This document shows, piece by piece, positions 23,377 to 32,623 of a stretch of DNA of 64,000 nt. Source of the stretch: an uncultured delta proteobacterium. Lineage in GTDB: Bacteria > Myxococcota > Kuafuiibacteriia > Kuafuiibacteriales > Kuafuiibacteriaceae. Both the position numbers and the translations under genes were made by a program. Positions within the stretch are counted from its first letter, which is position 1; each line of letters starts with the position of its first letter. Below the pieces are notes generated by a model that saw nothing but the letters and a program-made list of their open reading frames with translations, did no database searches and had not been told where the DNA came from. Location of the stretch: positions 928,001 through 992,000 of the forward strand of contig CAWDML010000003.1 in assembly GCA_963803435.1 (NCBI GenBank). Reading direction: 5' to 3'.

Positions 23377-24146
23377 TGCCCTGGCGCCGCGCAGAGTTCA
23401 AAGGCCAGCGGGTCTGGGCGGAGGTCGATCCGACCGGTGCGCTCAAGGTCTCCGGCGGCCGGGTGGGCATTCGCTACCAGCGCTCGGCGAACGCCAAGAT
23501 CTACGCAGGAACCGCACGCAACGTGGCCTTGGAGGCGTCAGCGCCGGTGGAGGCGTTCGAGGACGGGACGCCGGCGCCGCCGCTGGCCGCCGCCAAGCGG
23601 GCGGCGAACCGGGCCGGCGGCAGCAGTGGCTTCGGCAAGGCCGGCACGCGCACGGAGAAGCAGGCGGCGATGGCCGCCGAGGCGGCGCGCGCGCTGATCG
23701 ACTCGCTCGACGGTGCGATCCTGGCGTTCACCGACGGCGCCTGCCGCGGCAACCCTGGCCCCGCCGGCGCCGGGGCGGTGCTCCGGTTTCCCGGCGGCCG
23801 GCACCTGGAAGCCAGCCGATCCCTCGGGAGGGCCACCAACAACATCGCCGAGCTCACCGCGATCCAGCTGGCGCTCCAGCTGCTCGTGCGCGCCAAGGTG
23901 GATCCGCACGAAGAGGTCGCCCTGTTCACCGATTCGGCCTACTCGCACGGCGTCCTGGTCAAGAGCTGGAAGCCGAAGGCCAACCAGGAGCTGATCAAGG
24001 ACCTGCGCGCGCGATTGGCGCGATGGCCGAACCTCGAGCTCTACTGGATCGCCGGGCACGTGGGGGTCGAAGAGAACGAGCGCGCCGACGAGCTGGCGAA
24101 CGAAGGCGTCGACGGGATCAGCGCCGTCCATGACAGCGCGCGGTGA
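23376..24146 (+). CDS. rnhA: Ribonuclease HI with an extra N-terminal domain
   Basis: FTDGACRGNPG, TNNIAEL, FTDSAY and WIAGHVGVEENERADELA motifs. Confidence 0.92.
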   Translation: MPWRRAEFKGQRVWAEVDPTGALKVSGGRVGIRYQRSANAKIYAGTARNVALEASAPVEAFEDGTPAPPLAAAKRAANRAGGSSGFGKAGTRTEKQAAMAAEAARALIDSLDGAILAFTDGACRGNPGPAGAGAVLRFPGGRHLEASRSLGRATNNIAELTAIQLALQLLVRAKVDPHEEVALFTDSAYSHGVLVKSWKPKANQELIKDLRARLARWPNLELYWIAGHVGVEENERADELANEGVDGISAVHDSAR

Positions 24147-25272
24147 GCTCCCGTTCGTCCTGATCGGGAATCCGGAGAACCGTCGGATCACGCTCTTCCA
24201 GCAGGCGCTGGCCGAGCTGGGACGGCCTCAGGCGACCGTGGTGCCGTGGCTGGCGCTGGCGCAAGGACCGGAGGCGCTGGCTGCGATCCCGCTCGCCGAG
24301 GCGATCCTCCGGATCGACTCCGCGGGGGAGAGCTTCGAGGTGGACCGGGCCTTCCTGCGGCTCGGCTTCGAGGCGGCGGTCGAGGCCGGGGCCAGCACCA
24401 TCGATCCGGCGAAGATCGCAGCGCTCGTCCCGGACCGTGGCCGCATCACCTGCCCGCGTCAGCTCCACCTCGGCTTCCTGAGGGTGGTCGACACCCTCGC
24501 TCCGGTGCTCGCGGACAAGCCGGGCTGGCGTGTCCTGACGCCGCTCCGGGAGATCGAGGTGTTGTTCGATAAGCGGGTCACCTCGAGGCGCTATCGCGCG
24601 CTCGGCCTCCCCGTGCCTGAGCCCCTCGACGGGGTCACCGATCCGGACACGCTCGCCGCCGAGATGGACCGCCGGCGGATCCACTCGGTGTACGTCAAGC
24701 TCTCCTGCAGCTCGTCCGCGTCCTGCCTGGCGATCTACACGCGCCGCCCGACCGATCGCCGCGAGTCGCTGACGACGACGATCGAGCAGGCCTCCACCGG
24801 TTGGTACAACTCCCTCCGACTGCGACGGATCGAACGCCGCGAGAACGTCGACGAGATCCTGCGCTTCCTGATCGACAACGGCTCCCAGATCGAGGCCGCG
24901 ATCCCGAAGGCCCGCCTCGACGGCGCCTTCTTCGACTGCCGGGTGGTCGTGATCGACGCCGCCCCCGAGTTCGTGGTGGTCCGACAGAACCACCACCCCA
25001 TCACGAACCTCCACCTCGGCGGCTGGCGCGGCGCGCTCGCCGCCCTCGAGCGCGAGGCCGGTCCCGCCCTCTCGCAGGGCCTCTCGAGCTGCCGCCGCGC
25101 CGCCGAGAGCCACGGCTGCTTCTCGCTCGGCGTGGATCTCATGTTCGAGCGCGGCTTCACCGGTCACCGGATCCTCGAGAGCAACGCCTTCGGCGATCTG
25201 CTCCCGAACCTCACGAAGGACGGCAAGAGCGTCTACGGGATGCAGATCGAACGCGCGCTCCAGCGCTTCTGA
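24130..25272 (+). CDS. STM4014-family ATP-grasp-like protein
   Basis: IGNPENRR, LRIDS.GE, LFDKR, YVKL..SSSAS, PITNLHLG, GVDLM and ESNAFGDLLP motifs; context. Confidence 0.82.
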   Translation: MTARGELPFVLIGNPENRRITLFQQALAELGRPQATVVPWLALAQGPEALAAIPLAEAILRIDSAGESFEVDRAFLRLGFEAAVEAGASTIDPAKIAALVPDRGRITCPRQLHLGFLRVVDTLAPVLADKPGWRVLTPLREIEVLFDKRVTSRRYRALGLPVPEPLDGVTDPDTLAAEMDRRRIHSVYVKLSCSSSASCLAIYTRRPTDRRESLTTTIEQASTGWYNSLRLRRIERRENVDEILRFLIDNGSQIEAAIPKARLDGAFFDCRVVVIDAAPEFVVVRQNHHPITNLHLGGWRGALAALEREAGPALSQGLSSCRRAAESHGCFSLGVDLMFERGFTGHRILESNAFGDLLPNLTKDGKSVYGMQIERALQRF

Positions 25273-25321
25273 ACACCGGGCGGTCACTGTCACCGTCACG
25301 GCCACGGTCAGGGACCTCGGC

Positions 25322-25363
25322 CACGGATCACGGATCACGGATCACGGATCACGATTCACGATC
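25322..25363. repeat. Heptamer tandem repeat (CACGGAT)x4 plus two degenerate units
   Basis: CACGGAT x4 (25322-25349), then CACGATT and CACGATC; loose CACGGY hexamers precede it at about 25281-25320. Confidence 0.9.
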
Positions 25364-26205
25364 CCCGCCGGCACGCGCTCCAGGATCCCCTCCCCGAACA
25401 CGCTCCGCAGCCCCAGCTTCTCCAGGTGCACGTACCCGAGGTGACAGCCGCAGGTCTCCGCCGGGCAGGGCCGCTCCCCGAGGATGCGCTCCAGCGGATC
25501 CCGGTAGAGGTTGCCGAGGACCGTATCGACGAAGTGACACCGCCGCACCTCGCCTTCGCCGTCGACCGCCACCGTGTCGCTGCCGGTGAAGCAGCGCTCT
25601 CCGAGGCTCGCATGCCGGCGCGCGTTGTAGCCGAACAGCGGATCGATCCGCTCCAGCGCCCGGATGGTGTCGTCGTCGAACGGCCGGAAGCGCTTGGGCG
25701 CGTTGATCCAGAGGTAGACCCCGGGCGGGAGCTCCGTGCGCAGTCGCTCGATCTCCGGCTCGAATTGCTCGAACCCGACCACTCCGGCGCTGATCTCGAC
25801 GCCCCGCTCGTGGAGCTCGGCCACGCGCCGGACGAAGCGCGCGCGCTCCGTCCACTCGGGGTGGTACGTCGCCCAGATCCCGAGACGCTCGGCGACGCAG
25901 TCGGAGGTCCAGTCGACCGGTGTCGAGAGGTTCGTTTGAATGGAAGCGCGGCGCACGTGCGGCAGGTTCGTGAGCTCGACGAGCGCGTCTCGGTACCAAG
26001 GTCGGATGAGCGCCTCCCCCCACGGCGTGAAGAGCACGCCGAGCCAATCGCCTCGCCGGGCCCGGATCCAGCCCATGAACCGATCGAGCGCCGCCCGATC
26101 GCGGGAGAGGGCCTCGGGGGGATCCTCGCGCTTGGCGAAGGGACAGTATGTGCAACCGTAGTTGCAGCTCTCCAGCGGCCCTCGATAGAGCAGGTCCAGC
26201 TTCAT
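25342..26205 (-). CDS. STM4011-family radical SAM protein
   Basis: LLYRGPLESCNYGCTYCPFAK (CxxxCxxC), FTPWGEAL, WATYHP and C-terminal Cys cluster CPAETCGCHLGY. Confidence 0.88.
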   Translation of the reverse strand: MKLDLLYRGPLESCNYGCTYCPFAKREDPPEALSRDRAALDRFMGWIRARRGDWLGVLFTPWGEALIRPWYRDALVELTNLPHVRRASIQTNLSTPVDWTSDCVAERLGIWATYHPEWTERARFVRRVAELHERGVEISAGVVGFEQFEPEIERLRTELPPGVYLWINAPKRFRPFDDDTIRALERIDPLFGYNARRHASLGERCFTGSDTVAVDGEGEVRRCHFVDTVLGNLYRDPLERILGERPCPAETCGCHLGYVHLEKLGLRSVFGEGILERVPAGIVNRDP

Positions 26206-27518
26206 CGCGGCTCGTGGCTCGCCATGAGCTCGGCCACCCGCCGCGAGTGGAGAAAGGGGCCGATGGCGTCGGAGCGTTCGAGCCCCCGATCGGTCAGCGC
26301 CAGCCGCCGCCCCCGCGGCTCGACCAGCATGCGCTCGACCAGCTCCGACAGCTCGGGCACGTCCTCGAGCGCCTCGGCGCCGAACCGCGCGCGGTAGGCG
26401 TCGAGGTCGATGCCTTCGGCGAGCAGCGAGAGGATGAGCCAGCGCCGCCGGCGCTCCTCATCGTCGAGCGCGAAGCCCCACTCGGCGAGATCGAAGCGCT
26501 CGCGACAGTTGAAGCTCTCGATGATCTCCCGCACCCCGCGCGCGCCGACGGCGTACTCCGTCGAGTAGTGGACGTCCTGCGTATACGAGCGCGCACCCGC
26601 GCCCAGCCCGACCATGCCGTCCTCCTGACAGCGATACGCCACCGTCTCCTCGGCGGCGGCGGACGCCTCCGTGACGAACATGCGCATCGACGCCTGACGG
26701 TAGCCCTCGGCGAACAGCAGGGCGCGGCCCTCCCGGTACTGCTCGAGCCGCTGCTCGTCCCAGCTGACGGCGCCGCGCCGGCCCAGCCCTGTCAGCGGGC
26801 GCACATAGAGCGGATAGAGGTACAGCTCCTCCGGGGCGAACCGGAGCGCGTGGCGGATCGTGTCGAGCCAGCTCTCCGTGCTCTGCTCCGGGATGCCGTA
26901 CATGAGATCGACATTCAGTATGGGGAAGGCTGCGGACCGGATCCGGTCCAGCGCCACCTCCACGGTCGTCGCCGCCTGGGGCCGCAGCAGCGCCTTCGTT
27001 TCCCGGTCGTCGAAGCTCTGCACGCCGATGCTGATGCGACGGACGCCGTGACGCCGGAGCACCTGGAGGCGATCGCTCGTTGCCGTCTCGGGCGAGGTCT
27101 CGACGGACGCGGGGGCGGCGTCCGGATCGACGCCGAGGTGGGACTCGAGGCGCGACAGCACCCGCTCCAGCTGGTGCGCCTCGAGGTAGGTGGGCGTGCC
27201 ACCGCCGATCGCGAAGCGCGCGAACCGGGCGCCGTCGAGCCAGCCCTTGGCGCTCGCGATCTGTCGATCGAGGGCGTCGAGATAGTCCTGGATCACGCGG
27301 CGCTGCGGGCGCGCCTGAGTGAACAGGTTGCAGAAGCCGCACCGCATCTCGCAGAACGGGACGTGGAGGTAGAGGAAGAGCGCCGTGCGATCGACCCGGG
27401 ACCACAGGGTCTCCAGCGGGATCGGCGGATCGAGCGCTCGGTACGACGTCTTGTGCGGATACGCGTACAGATACGCGAGATAGGGCGAGCCGGACTCGAG
27501 GAGATCGGCGCCGTTCAT
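26202..27518 (-). CDS. STM4012-family (HemN-like) radical SAM protein
   Basis: YAYPHKTSY, LYLHVPFCEMRCGFCNLF, GGGTPT, SIGVQSF, YLYPLYVRPLTGL and CQEDGMVGLG motifs. Confidence 0.9.
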   Translation of the reverse strand: MNGADLLESGSPYLAYLYAYPHKTSYRALDPPIPLETLWSRVDRTALFLYLHVPFCEMRCGFCNLFTQARPQRRVIQDYLDALDRQIASAKGWLDGARFARFAIGGGTPTYLEAHQLERVLSRLESHLGVDPDAAPASVETSPETATSDRLQVLRRHGVRRISIGVQSFDDRETKALLRPQAATTVEVALDRIRSAAFPILNVDLMYGIPEQSTESWLDTIRHALRFAPEELYLYPLYVRPLTGLGRRGAVSWDEQRLEQYREGRALLFAEGYRQASMRMFVTEASAAAEETVAYRCQEDGMVGLGAGARSYTQDVHYSTEYAVGARGVREIIESFNCRERFDLAEWGFALDDEERRRRWLILSLLAEGIDLDAYRARFGAEALEDVPELSELVERMLVEPRGRRLALTDRGLERSDAIGPFLHSRRVAELMASHEPR

Positions 27519-28303
27519 CGCGGCGGCTCCAGCTGAATCTCGGCGTAGGGCACGGTCCAGACGACCTCGTGCCCGAGTCGGTGCCCGAAGAAGCCGTCCT
27601 CGCCGTAGGCCGTCCCGTGATCCGAGCAGACGATCGCGAACGTGGGCGCGCGCCGCTCCATGGCGTCGATCAGGCGACCGAGCTGAGCATCGGCGTAGCG
27701 AAGCGCGGCTGCGTGCGATGCGCGCGTGTCCTCGCGCGGTCCTCCCGGGAGGTAGAACCAGTTGGGCTGGTGGAGCGCGGAGACGTTGACGAAGAGAAAG
27801 ATCCGCCCGGGGGTCAGCGCCAGGATCTCGAGCGCGAGATCCACCTGATTCTCCGTCGAGCGCGGATCGGTGACGCCCATCGCCTCGCTCCAGTGCGCCT
27901 CCTGAAACAGCGCCGGCAGCGCGCGTCCCAGCTCGTTCTTGCCGTTGAAGAAGCCCGTCCCTCCGATGCACACCGTCCGATAGCCGTGGCGCGCGAGCCC
28001 AGCTGGGAGGCTGTCACCGTCCAGCAGGACGGTCTCGCTCCCGATGGTCTCGCTGCCCTCGAACCGGAGGGCGAAGGGGCGCGGGTGCTTGCCCGGCCGC
28101 GCCGGCGTGGGCAGAAAGCCGGCGAACATCGCCGCATGCGACGCGTACGTGAAGCTGCCCGGCGCGTGGCGTCGCTCCCATCCTCCCGGGATCCGGGCCC
28201 GGAGGTTCGGCGTCGAGCCGTCCTGCCAGCAGGCCTCGGCGGTGTCGTAGCGGAGCGTGTCGAGCGTGACCATCAGGACGTCGTGCGTGCCCAGCTGCAT
28301 CAT
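27515..28303 (-). CDS. STM4013/SEN3800-family hydrolase (alkaline phosphatase superfamily)
   Basis: HDVLMVTLDTLRYD, SFTYASH, CIGGTGFFN, ALHQP, CSDHGTAYGEDG and GHRLGH motifs. Confidence 0.88.
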   Translation of the reverse strand: MMQLGTHDVLMVTLDTLRYDTAEACWQDGSTPNLRARIPGGWERRHAPGSFTYASHAAMFAGFLPTPARPGKHPRPFALRFEGSETIGSETVLLDGDSLPAGLARHGYRTVCIGGTGFFNGKNELGRALPALFQEAHWSEAMGVTDPRSTENQVDLALEILALTPGRIFLFVNVSALHQPNWFYLPGGPREDTRASHAAALRYADAQLGRLIDAMERRAPTFAIVCSDHGTAYGEDGFFGHRLGHEVVWTVPYAEIQLEPPR

Positions 28304-29448
28304 CGAGCGCACCCGCTGGCCGGCGGACTCACCAGCGCCGCCCCATCGATGGTGCACGTCGACGTTCCATTCAAACGAATGCGTCCGACCGCGCCGCCGC
28401 CGCCGCCCCCGCCGCCGAAGCCGAGGTCGCCGTCGTTCCCCTCCGCCGGCGCGCGGGTCCCGGCGCCGCCGGCGCCTCCGCTGCCGCCGCCGACGTCGGC
28501 GCCTCGCGCGGGATCCGCGGTACGCTCGGCGCCCGGATCGCCGGTGCCGCCGCTGGCTTCGAACCCGCCGCCCGCGCCGGCCCCGCCGCCGTTGGCGGTC
28601 AGGATCGCGCCGGCGGCAATCGACATCGACGGGGCCTCGAGGAGGATCGCGCCCCCGCTGCCGCCGCCGCCGCCGCCCCCCGTCTGGTTGCCTCCGCCGC
28701 CGCCGCCGCCGGGCGCCGCGATGAGACCGCCCACCGTGATCGCGCGCTTCGCCGAGATCTCCAGCGCGCCGCCACCTCGCCCCGCCTCGCCGCCGTTGGC
28801 GCCGCCGCCGCCGGCCGCCCCGTCGCAGCCACCCTGGAGCGGGATCAGCTGACCATTGCCGGAGGGCGCGCCGCCGCGGCCACCGTCATTGAGGTTCGTC
28901 GGTCCGCCGGTGGCGCCCATGGTTCCGAAGCCGCCGCCGCCGCCGCCGCTGGCGATCTGTCCGATCTGGCTCCCGCCCTCGACCGCGCGGTCGCACGAGG
29001 CCGCGTTCGCTCCGGGGCCGGGGATGGCGCCGCGCGCCCCCGCGTGGATCTGGCCGTCGATCTCGGCGGCATCGAACACGGCGAAGATGGCCGCGCGATT
29101 CCCGATCACGATCAGCTCGCCGTCGCTCTCGATCGATAGATGGTCCGCCGACGCGATCACCACTGCGCCCTGATTGCCGTAGAGCGCGCTGGGCACCGAC
29201 GCGCAGCCGTCGCCGTCGAACAGGAGATCCGCAGTGTCGAACGTACAGGTGCCGCTCCGAACGATCAGCTCGCCGCCCGGTGGGACGTCCTCCGGATCGA
29301 AGTTGCTCGGATCGAAGGGGAAGGGCCGACCTCCGGCGTCACCGGCACCAGCGTCGGATCGCGCGAGCCCGGCGTCGTAGATCTCCGAGAGCGGCGATAC
29401 GTCGCAGGCGGCGACCAGCGTCGCGATCAGCACGGAGCGAAGCAGCAC
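28300..29448 (-). CDS. Glycine-rich lipoprotein
   Basis: Lipobox LVAAC; repeated GGGGGG...GG.I.L modules. Confidence 0.75.
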   Translation of the reverse strand: MLLRSVLIATLVAACDVSPLSEIYDAGLARSDAGAGDAGGRPFPFDPSNFDPEDVPPGGELIVRSGTCTFDTADLLFDGDGCASVPSALYGNQGAVVIASADHLSIESDGELIVIGNRAAIFAVFDAAEIDGQIHAGARGAIPGPGANAASCDRAVEGGSQIGQIASGGGGGGFGTMGATGGPTNLNDGGRGGAPSGNGQLIPLQGGCDGAAGGGGANGGEAGRGGGALEISAKRAITVGGLIAAPGGGGGGGNQTGGGGGGGSGGAILLEAPSMSIAAGAILTANGGGAGAGGGFEASGGTGDPGAERTADPARGADVGGGSGGAGGAGTRAPAEGNDGDLGFGGGGGGGGAVGRIRLNGTSTCTIDGAALVSPPASGCAR

Positions 29449-29452
29449 AGGC

Positions 29453-30520
29453 TCACCTCAGCGCGGCGATCCGCTCCTCGGAGAAGCGCTTGATCGAGCT
29501 CGACGCCCGAGCGTGATCCATCACGTGCCGATACGCGTCGACGGCCAGGTCGTTCTTGCCCAGCAGGCGCCGCGCCTCGCCGAGACCGAGGTAGAGCCCG
29601 GGCAGGGCGTCGTCGCTGGCCAGCCCGATCGCGCGCTGGTACATCGTCTCGGCCTCCTCGCCGTGCTCCAGCCCCAGGTGCGCGCTCCCCAGCGCGGCCA
29701 GGATCAGCGCATCGTTCGGCATCTCGCGATCGGCCGCCTCCAGCTGCGGCAGCGCTGCGGTGTAGTCGCCGTTCTGCAGCCGGGTGAGGCCGGCCCGGAA
29801 CGAGTCCGGTCGCGGGGAGCTCACCTTCACCGGCGGGACGGCCGCCCGCTCCGGCGTCGCGGACTTCTCGACCGGCTTCTCGGTGAACGACAGATGCAGG
29901 CTGTCCTTGGTCTCCGCCTTCGGCTCTTTCCGGGCCGCCTTCTCCCTCGGCGCCACGGCCTTTGCCTCCTCCCGGAGCGCGGCGGCGGTCTGGCGCGCCT
30001 TGGCCACCCACTTCTCCTGCGCCGGGTTCGTCTCGGCGCGCGCGTAGGCCTCGTACGCCTCGGCGGCCGCCACCTTGTCTCCAGCGGCGCGCAGGGTCTC
30101 GGCGAGACCATAGTGCGCGTCGGCGTCGTTCGGGTTGCTCTGGAGGTACATGCGGTACTGCTCCGCAGCGTCGTCGTTTCGACCCAGCTTCCTCAGCGAG
30201 AAGGCGAGGTTGTAGCGGGCCACCGACTGATCGGGTTTGGCGTCGAGCGCCTTCTTGAACGCCGGCGCCGCCTCCGCGTATCGCTGCTTCTCCACGTACG
30301 CGTTGCCGAGCTCGGTCCAGGCTTCGCCGTACTGAGGTGCGAGCTCGACCGCCTGCTGAAGCCGCGCGATCGCGTTGTCGGTCTGATGGTCCTTCAGGAG
30401 GCGCTTGCCCTCGTTGAACGCGACGATCGCGCCGGCCGGAATCGCCTGGGCCCGAGCGACCCCGCCGGCGGCGAGGAGGAGGACGAGAGAGAACGCGAAC
30501 GCCCGCATCCGCGCGAGCAT
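29453..30520 (-). CDS. Exported tetratricopeptide repeat protein
   Basis: Signal peptide ending ARA-Q; several TPR units (AWTELGNAY, ARYNLAFSL, AHYGLAETL, ILAALGSAH). Confidence 0.88.
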   Translation of the reverse strand: MLARMRAFAFSLVLLLAAGGVARAQAIPAGAIVAFNEGKRLLKDHQTDNAIARLQQAVELAPQYGEAWTELGNAYVEKQRYAEAAPAFKKALDAKPDQSVARYNLAFSLRKLGRNDDAAEQYRMYLQSNPNDADAHYGLAETLRAAGDKVAAAEAYEAYARAETNPAQEKWVAKARQTAAALREEAKAVAPREKAARKEPKAETKDSLHLSFTEKPVEKSATPERAAVPPVKVSSPRPDSFRAGLTRLQNGDYTAALPQLEAADREMPNDALILAALGSAHLGLEHGEEAETMYQRAIGLASDDALPGLYLGLGEARRLLGKNDLAVDAYRHVMDHARASSSIKRFSEERIAALR

Positions 30521-30524
30521 AGCC

Positions 30525-31529
30525 TCAGAGCACCTCGATCTGCGACACCGCTTTGACGTTGTCGCACTGGTCCGCCGCCCCCACGATGAAGAGCCGCAGC
30601 GGCCCGCCCGCGCCTCGATCGAGGCGTCCGCCCGGAGCCGCGTACTGCACCCAGCCTCCGTCGTAGAGGGCCTTGGCGTCGACGGTCCGCTCGAAGCCAT
30701 CCTGGGAGCGAATCTTCACCTGCGCATCGGACGGGATGCCGGCGGACGACAGGAGGGTGCGGAGGCGGGCGGCATCACCCTGGCGGCCGGGAACCACGGC
30801 ATCGAGCGCGGTCCGCTCGCTCTCCGGAAGCCGGCGAAGCTCGTGCCAGCCGGTCTGGACCTTCACGGTGGGCCCGAGGATCGTCAGCAGCGAGCCGCCC
30901 TCTTTGGCCTGGATCAGCGCCGCCACCGCCCGCGCGCCGCGCCGCGCCGCGCCCGCCCGGGCGTCGTCGCCGAGCCTGGCCGTCAGCGCCGAGGTCAGAC
31001 CGATCAGCGTCACGCCGGCGTCGACGTACAGCTCGATGTCCTCGAGACCGACGCCGCCCGAGACCCAGAGCGGGACCTCGCCGAGCGGCCCGCGGATCAG
31101 CTCGACGAACCGCGCGCCGCCGAGGGTCGCGATCGGGAACAGCTTGACCAGGTCTGCACCTGCCGCGCGCGCCCGGAGGATCTCCGTGGGCGTCATCGCG
31201 CCTGGGATCGAGACGAGACCGAGGGCGCGCGCCCGCCGGATCAGCGCCTCGTCGGTGTGGGGCGAGACCACGAACCGAGCGCCGGCCGCGTGCGCCCGCG
31301 CCACTTCGTCCTCGGTCTTGACCGTGCCCACCCCGATCACAGTGAGGGGCGGCTTCGCCCGGCTCGCCAGCCCCCGGACGATCTCGAAGCAGCCGGGGGT
31401 ATCGGCCGTGATCTCGACCGCGCGCAGCCCGCCCTCGAGCAATCCGGAGGCAATCTGCTCGGCGCGCGACGGATCGACCTCGCGTACGACGCCGACGATG
31501 CACGCTTCGACCAGCGCATCCAGCACCAT
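30525..31529 (-). CDS. KDPG/KHG aldolase (Eda-like) fused to a C-terminal Moco-oxidoreductase-like domain
   Basis: VEIT, GVGTV, GARFVVSP, PGAMTPTEI, VKLFP, SGGV; C-terminal about 120 aa with S.DG, GGPLRL and NVKAVSQIEV. Confidence 0.8.
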   Translation of the reverse strand: MVLDALVEACIVGVVREVDPSRAEQIASGLLEGGLRAVEITADTPGCFEIVRGLASRAKPPLTVIGVGTVKTEDEVARAHAAGARFVVSPHTDEALIRRARALGLVSIPGAMTPTEILRARAAGADLVKLFPIATLGGARFVELIRGPLGEVPLWVSGGVGLEDIELYVDAGVTLIGLTSALTARLGDDARAGAARRGARAVAALIQAKEGGSLLTILGPTVKVQTGWHELRRLPESERTALDAVVPGRQGDAARLRTLLSSAGIPSDAQVKIRSQDGFERTVDAKALYDGGWVQYAAPGGRLDRGAGGPLRLFIVGAADQCDNVKAVSQIEVL

Positions 31530-31585
31530 GAGCGGCCCGTCTACCATCGCTTTACCCGGGAGTACCAGTGGGCTATCGCGACGGA

Positions 31586-32623
31586 ATGGACCAGGAACCG
31601 CCGCCCCTCGCGCCGCCTGCGCCTGCGCCCGCGCCGCTTGGGGCTCCCCCGCTGCCTCGGCCGCCGAGCCGGAGCAACACGCCGGTGTTGATCGCGCTGG
31701 CGTTGCTCCTGGGAGTGGGGGTGGGCGGGACGTGCGCGACCTGCGCGGCCGTCGGCGGCCAGGTCGGGGGCGACGAGGTCTTCTTTCCCGGCGGCGAGCA
31801 CGTCGGCGTCGTCGAGCTCCTCGGTCCGATCGGCGACGCCGGCGACATCGTGAAGAACATCCGCAAGTTTGCGTTGCGGGACGACCTGGTCGCGCTGGTG
31901 GTCCGCATCGACTCTCCCGGCGGGGCCGTCGCCCCCTCGCAGGAGATCTATCGCGCGATGCGCTGGGCCAGCGAGAAAAAGCCGGTCGTGGTGTCGATGG
32001 GGAACGTGGCGGCGTCCGGCGGCTTCTGGGCCTCACTCGGCGCCGACTGGGTGTTCGCATCTCCCGGGACGATCACCGGCTCGATCGGCGTGATCACCCA
32101 GCTCCCGGATCTCAGGGGCATCGCCGACATGATCCACTTCCGCATGCGCACCTTCAAGTCGGGTCCGCTCAAGGACGCCGGCAACCCGTTCCGCGAGATG
32201 ACACCGGCCGACGAGGCGCTCTTCAAGTCGCTGATCGACGACATCTACGATCAGTTCGTCACGCTGACCGCTGAGCGCCGCCACCTGAACGTGGAGGACG
32301 TGAAGAGCATCGCCGACGGCCGCGTCATGACGGGACGCGCCGCGCTCGAGGTGGGTCTGATCGACGAGCTCGGCGGTCTTCACGAGGCCGCCCGCAAGGC
32401 CCTGGTCATGTCGAAGATCCGCAAGGCGGCCGCCGAGGGCGAGACCAAGACCTCCAGCGCCGCCTACCAAGATCTCGAGGATCCGACCCTCATCTATCCG
32501 AAGAAGGATCGGCCCGGGCTCCTCGATCTCCTCACCGCGAGCGTCAGCGAGGGGGTGTCGCGGGGCGTCTCCAGCGCGGTCGAGCGGATCTCGGAGGATC
32601 GCGATCCGGTCGAGCTCCGATGA
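31586..32623 (+). CDS. sppA: Signal peptide peptidase SppA (S49)
   Basis: RIDSPGG, SMGNVAASGGFW, TGSIGV, KSGPLKD and ADGRV.TG motifs. Confidence 0.92.
   Translation: MDQEPPPLAPPAPAPAPLGAPPLPRPPSRSNTPVLIALALLLGVGVGGTCATCAAVGGQVGGDEVFFPGGEHVGVVELLGPIGDAGDIVKNIRKFALRDDLVALVVRIDSPGGAVAPSQEIYRAMRWASEKKPVVVSMGNVAASGGFWASLGADWVFASPGTITGSIGVITQLPDLRGIADMIHFRMRTFKSGPLKDAGNPFREMTPADEALFKSLIDDIYDQFVTLTAERRHLNVEDVKSIADGRVMTGRAALEVGLIDELGGLHEAARKALVMSKIRKAAAEGETKTSSAAYQDLEDPTLIYPKKDRPGLLDLLTASVSEGVSRGVSSAVERISEDRDPVELR

Noticed and set aside
25281-25363. Possible CRISPR array or iteron set
   Set aside because: The units are 6-7 bp with no spacers, and there are no cas or rep genes.
28300-29448. PE-PGRS-like protein or RiPP precursor for the neighbouring radical SAM enzymes
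   Set aside because: No PE domain, and 382 aa with a lipobox; it fits common Gly-rich myxobacterial surface proteins. No short precursor ORF is evident nearby.
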